Origin: Eledone cirrhosa
Taxonomy: Eukaryota
DNA length: 64,000 nt
Direction of reading: 5' to 3'
Assembly: GCA_964016885.1 (NCBI GenBank)
Contig: OZ024752.1
Location: 36,208,001 to 36,272,000 of the forward strand
Shown: positions 49,501 to 61,500 of the stretch, one piece after another
How the letters are laid out: each line of letters starts with the position of its first letter
Numbering within the stretch: position 1 is the first letter of the stretch
Made by a program: the position numbers and the translations under genes
Notes under the pieces: generated by a model
Databases searched by the model: none
What the model saw: only the letters and a program-made list of their open reading frames with translations
What the model was told of the DNA's origin: nothing

Positions 49501-52500
49501 CCTATGCGAGCAGCACAACCAATCTTGCCTCAAGTGGGAAAACTCCCGTCCAAACCCAAGCAAGCGTGGAAGAAGGACGTTAAACGATGATGATGATGAT
49601 ATATATCATCATCACCGTTTTACGTCCGTTCTTCCACGCTAGCATGGGTTAGACATGTATATATATATACATACACACACACACACACACACACAGTGAG
49701 TCCCAAAAGAATGTATACACACTTCAACAACATTCAAACAAAAATGTGTATACATTTTGGGGGGGACACCCTGTGTATATATGTGTGTGTGTGTGTGTTC
49801 ACAGAGAGCATGTAAAAAGTAATAACAAACCAAACATCAGTACAATGAAGAAATATATTAGTTTAATGCTTGATAAAGTAGGAAAAGAGGCGTAATGTCT
49901 CAGTCACTAATCCTTCATCAGAAGATAAATAGATGCATCCTCATCTCTCTGCCCAGCTATTGACAATAATAGCTCTACTGTTTGTGTCACAATAAAATAT
50001 GCTGACTACAATCTGTAAAGGGTTGTGCTGGTGCAATGATAAAATACACCTAGTCAACTGTGTAAAGTGGTAATGCTGGTGCAATGATAAAATACACCTC
50101 GTCAACTGTGTAAAGTGGTAATGCTGGTACAATGGTAAAATACACCTAGTCAACTGTGTAAAGTGGTAATGCTGGTGCCATGGTAAAATGCACCACGAAG
50201 GGCATCCAGCTGTAGTAACCAGGCTGAAATGGAACATAGGAGCAGGAAGTGGTTATCTATGAATGGTCTATCTCAGCACGTGACCATCTGTCCAATGCAT
50301 GTCTACATGGAAAACTGACATGAAATTATATATCATTTATCATCATCATCATTTCATTTTACGTCCACTTTTCCCTGCTTGCAAGGGTGGGACGGGAACT
50401 GATTCTGGCTTGATTTCTACAGCTGGATGCCCTTCCTAACACCAACCTCATTTACAGTGAGTGCTGGGTGCATTTTTGCCGTGGCACCTCCACGACCACT
50501 TTGCAGTGGAATGATAGGGACCCCAGTCCCTATCATCTCATTTCTACAGCTGAGTAAACTGGAGCAATGTGAAATAAAGTGTCTTGCTCAAGGAAACAAC
50601 ACATCACCCGGTCTGAGAATTGAACTCACAACCTTTCGATTGCAAGGCCAATGCTCTAACCACTAAGCCATGTGCCTCCATATATATATATATATATATA
50701 TCGTACTTACATAAAGCAATTGTGCGAGGATTTTGAGTGCATACCGGAAGACTTACCACAAGCAATGGCAGACCAAACAGACAAGTCATGACGATCCATG
50801 CAATAAGCACACCTGGATGATGACATATATAACCATTTTATACCTGCTTTTCCATCACAGCACCACTCCACACGTTGTGGTCCATCATCATCTCTCTAAA
50901 CTTCAGTGATTTGAGATCATTTCTCACAACCTCTTCCTAAGTCTTCCTTGCTCTCCCTTTACCACAGCTTCCTTTCCTTCCATTGAGATTTCTTAGCACT
51001 TCTTCACCCAGCGATCATCATCCATATGCAATTACATGTCGATACCTAAGCAGTCTTCTCTGAGGCACACTACAACTGATTCCTCTTAACTACAAATAAT
51101 TAAGAGTTAGTTTACTTACCCTGCTAACATTGTATACAATAACACACCCATACTCCAGATATCACAGGCGGCATCATATCCTTGGCGCTTTAAAACCTAC
51201 AATAAAAACAGATTGAAATGAGAAATAAATACAAACAACAGTTGCCTGAAAGGACAAAAGAAGAATTATGCAATAAATATCATATATTAAAATGTTTGGG
51301 ATTATGTGAAGTTAATTCTTTTCAAGTGAAAAATATAAAATTATAAATTCTCAAAAACAAAGAAACCCTTTATTGTGGTTGTATGAATTTAACCAAAATT
51401 TTGATTGCATGTTAAAATCTAATTATATCAAAATATACATGACTTAAGAGATAAAAGCCTTTTTACAGATATATAAAAAAAATTGGAAAAACTTTTTTTT
51501 TTAAATTTAAAAATAGATTTCAACTATACAGTCTATAACTGAAATTTAACCCTTTAGCATTTAAACTGGCCATATTCGACCACAATTCTTTCACCGTTTC
51601 TGTTCAAACCAGCTGTAACCGACCGTTCATACTGATGTTAAGGTATTGTTCTCAAAATAATATCAAAATTTCGTAGATTCAATATTATCTGAGATAATTA
51701 TGTAAGGTAAAGCCTTTACCATGAAAATATAATAGTAAATATAGAGTAATGTAAATACTAAAGTGTTAAACTGCTGTGGACAATTAAACCAAATATGATT
51801 TGTAATTAACACAAAGATGACAATAGCATTTAACAAAATATTTAAATTCAAATCAAAATCTAAAAAAAAAAAAAAAAAAAAAAAAAGTATGATCAACAAC
51901 TATGAATTACATATGTAAATTATTTGTAAATTATTTAAATAAAAGTAGATAATACCAACCTCAGGAGCAACGAAGTTGGCAGTGTAACAAGGAGTCATAA
52001 GGAGACCATTATCAGCTCTCAGTTGTTTAGCAAAACCAAAGTCACAGATACGTAAAGCATGTGGCGAACCAGATTTATCAGCATATAGAATATTGGAAGG
52101 CTTCAGGTCTCGATGGACTACCTGATTAAGAAGAGAGGTTTCATTGTTTTTATTAGAAAAACTAAAAAACAAGTTATTTCATCCATACTTTAGAGAGTGT
52201 ATAGAAACCTTTAACAAAAACTCTGTAAAGATGATGTAATGATGATGTTGGTTCATGAAAAACACACCATTATACCCTTGTAAGGTGGTTGGTATTAGGA
52301 AGAGCATGTAGCTATATAAACCATGTGGTTGGTATTAGGAAAGGCATATAGCTATAGAAACCATGTGGTTGGTATTAGGAAGGGCATATAGCTATAGAAA
52401 CCATGCAGTTGGCATTAAGAAAGGCATATAGCTATAGTAACCATGTGGTTGGTATTAAGAAGGGCAAATAGCTATAGAAATCATGTGGTTGGTATTAAGA

Positions 52501-55500
52501 AGGGCAAATAGCTATAGAAACCATGCAGTTGGCATTAAGAAGGGCATATAGCTATAGTAACCATGTGGTTGGTATTAAGAAGGGCAAATAGCTATAGAAA
52601 CCATGTGGTTGGTATTAGGAAGGGCATATAGCTATAGTAACCATGTGGTTGGTATTAGGAAGGGCATATAGCTATAGTAACCATGCAGTTGGCATTAAGA
52701 AGGGCATATAGCTATAGTAACCATGTGGTTGGTATTAGGAAGGGCATATAGCTATAGTAACCATATGGTTGGTATTAGGAAGGGCATATAGCTATAGTAA
52801 CCATGTGGTTGGTATTAGGAAGGGCATATAGCTATAGTAACCATGTGGTTGGTATTAGGAAGGGCATATAGCTATAGTAACCATGTGGTTGGTATTAGGA
52901 AGGGCATATAGCTATAGTAACCATGTGGTTGGTATTAGGAAGGGCATGTACCTATATAAACCATGCCAAATATGGAATGAAACAATGCAGATGGGTTGTT
53001 CTGATCTGTCTGGTCTCAGACTGTAACAATCCATCCAATACATGCCAACATGGAAAGTGGACATAAAATAGTGATGATGATTAAAAACTCCAAAGTATTG
53101 CATCTTTTTGTTCAGAGAGAGAAAGAGAGTGTATGAACATGTGTGCGAGTGAGTGTGAATGTGTGTTTTGGACCTCCAGTTCTGACAATGTGTGTTCCAG
53201 TTGTTTGATCAATGAAACGGCCTGCTCATGTGAGTAACATGCAAGCTTATATTCGGGTATATAGAGTAATTCAGCAATAATAACTGATGATGATGATGAT
53301 GATGATTAGAAAACAATATATAAATATCAGATAGTACTTACTCCATTCAAATGTAAATAGTGTACAGCTTCAGAAATTACTTGCAGAACGGCACTTGCTT
53401 CACGCTCAGAAAAAAACAACTGTCGGAGAATCTTGTCTAAAAGTTCTCCACCTTTCATTAACTCAGTTACCATGTATACCTTATTCCCATTGACAAACAC
53501 CTGGTAGAAAAAAGAAAAGAAAAGAGCATGTCTCTTATTTTGGATATAATACCTTTTCTTAGAACAATCGACAAGATCCCAAACCTCATTCGCTTACTGA
53601 ATGGGGTACTCATCAAATTGGACCAAGGAAACTATTTCCATTGGTCTTTCTAGTGCTGATATCTACAAGTTGCAACTCCTGGCAGAAAGAGCAACATGAA
53701 ATAAAGTGTCTTGCTCAAGGACATAACATCGCCTGATCTAGGAATCAAACTCACATCCTCCTCACAATTGTGAATCCAATTCTCTAACCTCTAAGCCACA
53801 GAGTGTTTTTGTTTAAGAACAAAACACACACAACCCAGTCCATAAAATAAGTGTTGCAATATGGTTTGTGTGTTGTAAAGTTGGTAAACAGCCAAACTTG
53901 TAATGAAGCAATTAAATTGAAGGTTAAAACTGACAAATGACTTCATAAAAATTCCTAAAGTTAGATTTATGTAGAACTAAATACCAAAATAGAACTCATG
54001 AAACCATTAATGTAAAAGAAAAATTATAAAGTATATGTTAAAAATAAATTCTTACATCTCTTAATGTTATAATGTTTGGATGATGTCCAAACCGGAGGAG
54101 AATTTCAATTTCTTCTTGAGGGTCACGTTGCTCTCGATCCATTATCTGTAATACAGGAAACACAAGGTGAGGAAAATATTTCATGTGCAACATTAAATAT
54201 TTTAGAACAGCTTAAAAAATATATATAATCTTTAAAAACTTTTTTAAAAAACCTCTTAATTTTCTTTACATTATTAACTATGAATTCTTGTATTTCTTTG
54301 GGACTTGCAGCATCCAAATCCCAAATTAATGTCCTAACGAAGCTTTACTATTATGTGCTAATATTGAAGTTGAAATGTGTAGACATTAATAAAATGATTT
54401 GAAGTACCTCTTTGGTTGTCAATTAATTTATGTATATATATATATATATATATATATAGTTTAAGATTAAAAAAGACACATAAACAATTAAATGAATTCT
54501 TAGTTCCATGCTTGTGGGAAAAGGAAAGTCTTATCCTACATATACGATAATATACATTATATATTTACAAAGGTAAAGGGGATGCTCTGGAGAGGAGCAA
54601 TTATAGGGGTATAAAACTGATGGATCAGGTTATGAAAGTGGCAGAAAGGATATTAGCACAACTAATTAGAGAAAGGGTTAAACTAGATGAGATGCAGTTT
54701 GGTTTTGTGCCTGGGAAGAGTACAACAGATGCCCTCTTCTTGGTGAAACAATTGCAAGATAAAAATAAGCCACTATACTTAGCCTTTGTTGACCTAGAGA
54801 TAGGGTACCCCGATCTGTCATCTGGTGGTCCCTAAGGAAGCTAGGTGTTGAGGAATGGCTTGTGAGGACAGTGCAAACTTTGTATAGAGGTACTCTCAGT
54901 AAAGTCAGGGTAGGAATGGAGTTTAGTGAGGAATTCCAGATGCAAGTAGGAGTACATCAAGGTTCGGTCCTCAGCCTGCTCTTGTTCATTATAGTTCTCC
55001 AAGCCATAACAGAGGAGTTTAAGACTGGCCGTCGATGGGAACTTCTCTATGCTGACGATCTGGTTCTTATAGCAGAATCAGTAGAGGAGCTAGAGAATAA
55101 ATTCTGGCTATGGAAACAGCAGTTGGAAGCAAGAGGACTGAGAGTGAACCTAGCTAAGACAAAAGTGTTGATGAGTAGAAAAGAGGACAAAACCCTGATT
55201 CCTTCAGGGAAATGGCCATGTTTGATATGCAGAAAAGGAACTGGCATAAATTCTATAAAATGCACACAATGCAGATCCTGGGTACACAAGAGATGTAGCG
55301 GGATAGCAGGCAAACTAACAGGTAGGGAGAAATATGTATGCAGATGTACAGGGAAATTAGACAGTAGAAGTCGCATTGATAGACACATTTTTCAGATGCA
55401 GGAGGGCGCTATAGAAGTGGTGGATAGCTTCCGGTACCTAGATCAGATTAGCATGGGAGGGGGGTGTTCCGAGGCCATAGTATCTAGAATAAGGACGGGT

Positions 55501-58500
55501 TGGAAGAAGTTTAGGCAGCTGCTTCCTCTGTTGACGAAGAAGGGTTTCTCCCTGCGTACGAAAGGCCGGTTGTATGATGCCTGTGTGAGGAGCGCAATGC
55601 GGCATGGTAGTGAGACATGGGCAGCAACCGCAGAGGATATGCGACGGCTGGAGAGAAATGAGGCAAGCATGCTCCGTTGGATGTGCAGTGTAAATGTGCG
55701 TGAACGACCCAGCATAAATGTGTTGAGAGAGAAACTGTGTCTGATAGGGATAGAATGTAGTGTACGGGAGAGGAGATTGAGGTGGTATGGACATGTGATG
55801 CGCATGGAGGTTGACCGATGGGTGAAGAAGTGCCAGGAAATGCCAGTTGAAGGAAGACGTGGTAGAGGTAGACCACGAAAAACATGGGCAGAGGTGGTGA
55901 GAACAGACCTCAGATCATTGAAGCTCACGGTGGAGATGATGAAGGACCGTGACGAGTGGAGAGATGCTGTGCTGAATAAGACCCGTCCCACCCTTGCAAG
56001 CAGGGAAAAGCGGACGTAAAATTATGATGATGATATATATATATCATCATTTCATTTTACGTCCGCTTTTCCCTGCTTGCAAGGTTGGGATGGGAACTGA
56101 TTCTGGCTTGATTTCTACAGCTGGATGCCCTTCCTAACACCAACCTCATTTACAGTGAGTGCTGGGTGCTTTTTTGCCGTGGCACCTCCACGACCACTTT
56201 GCAGTAGAATGATAGGGACCCCAGTCCCTATCATCTCATTTCTACAGCTGAGTAAACTGGAGCAATGTGAAATAAAGTGACTTGCTCAAGGAAACAACAC
56301 ATCATCATCATCATCATTTCATTTTACGTCCGCTTTTCCCTGCTTGCAAGGGTGGGACGGGAACTGACTCTGGCTTGATTTCTACAGCTGGATGCCCTTC
56401 CTAACACCAACCTCATTTACAGTGAGTGCTGGGTGCTTTTTTGCCGTGGCACCTCCACGACCACTTTGCAGTAGAATGATATGGACCCCAGTCCCTATCA
56501 TCTCATTTCTACAGCTGAGTAAACTGGAGCAATGTGAAATAAAGTGTCTTGCTCAAGGAAACAACACATCACCCGGTCTGAGAATTGAACTCACAACCTT
56601 TCGATTGCAAGGCCAATGCTCTAACCACTGAGCCATGTGCCTCCATATATATATATACTCACACACACGTTATTAGTTGAAAAGAGATGCCAGTATCTGC
56701 TGTAATCTAGTTGGTGTTAAGAAGGGTATAACTATTTTAAACAGGACATCCAAATGGATAAAAAGAACTGAAGATGATGAATAAGATCAACTTTGAGATG
56801 ATACAGTAATAAAGTCTAAGAGGAAGTTTGTTCTCTTTGATTTGTTATTTTTAATTTAATCAATGTTAATATCAGTAAAACTTACTTTCACTGCATAATC
56901 TTGACCAGTAGTCTTATGAACACACCATTTGCAAACAGAGTATGAACCAATACCAATATCCTTTAAAAAAACAAAAAAACATAACCATTAAAAGATTTTT
57001 CAATGAAAAAAATGAATAAAAAACAAATTTCATCTATGATAATTATTATATATTATCTAAAGTGACGAATTGGCACAGTTGGATAGAATGCTTTGTAGTA
57101 TTCGTTCCGGCTCTCTGCTCTGAGTTCAAATCTTGCCACGGTCAACTTCGCTTTTCATCCATTTGAGATCGATAAAAAAAACACCAGTTTAGTACTGGGG
57201 CCAATTCTTCCTCTTTATCACTTTTTATATCCTTCTCAGGAAGAAATCTGCTGTGTTCAAACCTGGAGAGCAGATGGACTCCACCGGGCTAAAAATGCCC
57301 TAGAGACACAGTACTACAGCGCGCCCCCCACGACTCCATCAAGAGTTACAGAACCATGTATGCATATATTATCTGTACTTCATGAAGAAGTAACCTTTTC
57401 TTTTAATTAAATCAGATTGTTTTTCAATACCTTTTCAGTTGACATTCACCTTGAATTTCCTATCGGATAAATGTAAGTGGTTCTAAAGAATTGTATTTCT
57501 GGAGGACAAAGGTCTAAGTCATTTACCATATATACTCAAATATAAGCCGACCCCACTATTTTATGATTGAGAAATGGGCAAAAATCCAAAGGTTATTTAC
57601 GTAGAATTTGAAGTTGGTGAAAATCGTCAAAATATTGACCCTGAATATAAGCTGACACCTCTTCTACTATCGATCTATTTGGTTCCATATTCCTTCACTT
57701 ATATTTGACTACATATGGCACTTGGTACATAGGGATGAGAAGTATGAACACTGAGTGAGCTTGGGAAAATGGTGGCACACAGCTTACTAGTAATTTTAGG
57801 ATATATTATTCCAGTAAGCTGGCAGTTGTGACATTAATATGCTAGTTTTCCTACCCAAGCAGTTGATTTTGTTTTTAATGTGGTTGTGTGTGGGTCATAT
57901 GTGAGCTTTGTAGAGGATCAGTAAGTGTTTAGAGGTGAAGTAATTTCTAGTCTTTGGGATACAGTTTCGGTAATGTTATAGATGTAGTGTAGACACCATC
58001 ATAGACCAGAATGCTACACTAAGCATGCAACATCTCCTGGAGACATCATCCTTCAAACAAGTCTCAATATGGATCCCTGCCTCATATTTCTGATGTTGTG
58101 AAGCATCAAAATTTGGCCCTTGCCAGCCATGTCATTCGCCATAATGAACTTGCAGGAAGATTCCTTCTCTGGACTCTGGATGCAAAGAGACAAGTTGGCC
58201 GGCTGTATATCACTTTGAAATCAATCATCCAGTTAGACACAGGCCTCAAAAGGAACAGTTCTATGTGCTGCAATGGTCAATCGAGGATTCTGGACCTCTA
58301 AATTTGAAGTAGACACCATGACAGATTGTCAAACTCATTTCACAGAATGTATTTGTGAAAGTATTTTTGAGTAACCCTTTAGTATTTAAACCAGCCTTTT
58401 TCGGCCAGAATTCTCTCACCTCTTTCTGTTCAAACTGGCTGCTCATACTTATGTTAAGGTAATGTTCTCAAAATAAATAATATCAAAATCTCATAGATTC

Positions 58501-61500
58501 GATATTATGAAATAATTATGTGAGATAAAGTCTTTACTGTGAAAATACAATAGTAAATATAAAGTAAAGGGTTGAGTTGTTGATTTTTGTCATTTGTTTC
58601 ATTCTTATTATGGTGATAATGTGATCAAAGGAAATACAATATTTTTACATAACAAATGCCCCCCCCCCCCCCCCCCCCACCAAATCATGTTTTTAAAATA
58701 ATCTATATATCAACATATGTACCTGTTTTAGTTCATATTCATCATTGAATGGGGTGTGTTTGACACCAGGAAGCTAAAATAAAATGAAGAATAATATAAA
58801 TTCATATTTCTTTTAATATCATGCAGGTGAAAAAAATAAAATTGGATCTGAAAAACATAGAACTACAAAAGTAGAACTCAGAATTTAATTCAACAGATTC
58901 CTGACTGGAAGCTGATAAATAGAAGTTTGGTATCTAAACTATAATAAAGGAAGGTCTGTGGGACTGCATATGGTTTTTTTTTTTTTATTCCGTTAGTAAA
59001 ATAAGTAGGATTACTTTGAATAAATAATGAACGAATATTACATAATTTATCTACTAAATTTCGTAAAAATAATTAATTTAAAATTGACTTCTTTTCAAAA
59101 TTGCACTTCCGGTATATCGTTGGCACCACCATTTCAACTACCATATATATAGAAAGAGAGAGAGTGTGTGATGTCAACACTTCTGGTGGCGATCACTTAA
59201 ATAAACATACTAGTTTTCTGTCACTAATTTTCTCCTAATGCAGTTTATATATAATATCGTCTTTTTTAATGTATCATGGATTACGTTACTGATTACATAA
59301 GAGAGTGTAACAACGTCTTCGTTCAATTTCTGTTTATATTGTCAATTACGATTTTATTTGATGTATCATATCTACATGTATATATACTTGCGTATAATAT
59401 CAATATGCACACTACACATGCTAGCAGAAAACCACCTGAAGGTTGGGTTTTCTGCTAGTTTTTATAATTACAACTGATTACAAACAATGACTAAAGCATT
59501 GAGAACTAATAATGCTAAATAAAATAAGCATTAAGTAGAGACTAATAAAACTGATCTAGTTAAAATAACAACATAAATCTACATTGAAAATGGGCATCGG
59601 ATTGGCAGTAATCAGTAGAGCGCTGGACAAGATGCTTTGTGGCATATAATTACGGTCCTTTATACTCTGAGTAAATCACTCCGAGGTTAGCTTTGTCTTT
59701 CATCTTTACAGGGTCGATAGAATAAAGTACCAGTAATGAACTGGGGTTGATTTGCCCAAACCGCGGAGTGAGGAGACCCAGGATGACCTGGGATGAGGTG
59801 ATAAAAGCCGACCTTATCCAATTACACCTCTCAAAGGTCATGACACACGACTGTGACCTCTGGCGTCACGCAGTAATAGAGTACCCGACCTTCCATGGGT
59901 ACAAGCTGAAGCATATAGACAATATGCCCCCACACCCTCCCACTGTAAAGTGGACGTGTAGGCGCCACGAAAAAGCCCCAGCACTCACTGTAAATGAGGT
60001 TGGTGTTAGGAAGGGCATCCAGCTGTAGAAATCAAGCCAAATCAGTTCCTGTATGAGCAAGGCATGGTCAGCCGACCAGACACTGACCACAACAGGACAA
60101 CCCGTCTAACCCATGCTAGCGTGGAAGAACGGACGTAAGATGATGATGATTCCTCCAGAACACATTGATCGTTTGTTTTTGTTTTGAACCGTTTACATTT
60201 GAAAAGAGGGGTATAACCCTAAAATATTATGTTGAAATATACTGGATAAGAAAAACAACTATACTACCTTAACTATACTACCTTAAAAGACAGGTAACTT
60301 TCACAGAAAATAGATAGGTTGATACTTTATCATACAAAGACATTCTGAAAAAAGGGGCAATAAATAAACAAACACACAACAAACAAACACAACTACATCA
60401 AAGTGTAAACAATCGTATAGAATATCAAATATTGATTGACACATACTATATGTAAGGCATACTAAAAAAATATCTACTACATTATATACTGTGTTTTGTA
60501 TAAATATCTAATTTATTACATTGCCAAACGAAGGCACATCATGCAAATCAAACTGACCATTTCAGTTATGTTCTATATCCAGCTTGACATATATAGTGAC
60601 CAATATAAAGATCCCTCTGTTGGCAGAATCACAGGGGTAGTTATCTTCTGAAACGCGTAAAGATAATCTCATGTTTTTCACAATACAAAGAGAATAATAG
60701 AAAGTGTATTTACACTTTATTCATTTCACAGCAACACATGAACTGTATACCAAATTAATTTTAATATAAATATATGCTGTGTTCTGAAGATAATCTCATG
60801 TTTTTCCCTGTATAGAGAGAATAACAGAAAGTGTATTTACACTTCATTCTTTTCACAACAATGCTCCTAATTATATGAATTGTACATAAAATTTATCTTA
60901 ACATAAATATATGCTGTGTTCTGCATAGATATTTATTATTTAATCTTCAATAATGATTCACTGTAATTATTTTTTTAAAAAGAGGTGAAATCATTCAATC
61001 TAGAACCACATATATAATTATATACCTAAGAGTTTGCATTTGTGTTGAAATAATTTTTCCCTCTGTGGTTGTCATATATTTCAATAAAAATAATCAGTAA
61101 TTATCCCCTCTGTGGTTCTGTCAAATACTTCAATAAAAAAAAATCACAGAATACATTAATCTAAAGGTTTATCGGTTTACTTTAAAAAAAACAACATACA
61201 TTCAAATTACAAAAAACAACAAAAAACCTCCATTGATTTACCTTCAAAAGACTATCTGTTGGTCCCAGACGTTTAGTTATTAAATCAGATTCAGTTTCCA
61301 ACAAGCAAGGGGCCACAAAACTAAAACCCCGGAAAAGCTGATGGTCTTGTGCACTGACTGGAATGCCTGGAGAATCTATGACAGAATAATAATATAGTTA
61401 TTAGTTTCTCATAATTAAAAATATAAAGTTGTAAATCATTATTTCAATTAAGCAATTAAGCCTCGTTATTTTAACTATATTCATAAAAACAAATTTTTGT

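Noticed and set aside
49890-49925. Minus-strand hammerhead-like motif (similar one at 9289-9320, +)
   Set aside because: Core mutated (GAGA or GATA, CTAACGA) and helices broken; not called as ribozymes.
55047-55991. Antisense ORFs over the LINE (also 46834-47280)
   Set aside because: Shadow frames of RTE coding sequence.
54862-56019. 385-aa ORF as an active or domesticated reverse transcriptase gene
   Set aside because: No endonuclease, frameshifting deletion at AFVDLE/KAFD, no true ATG; a dead 5'-truncated LINE copy.
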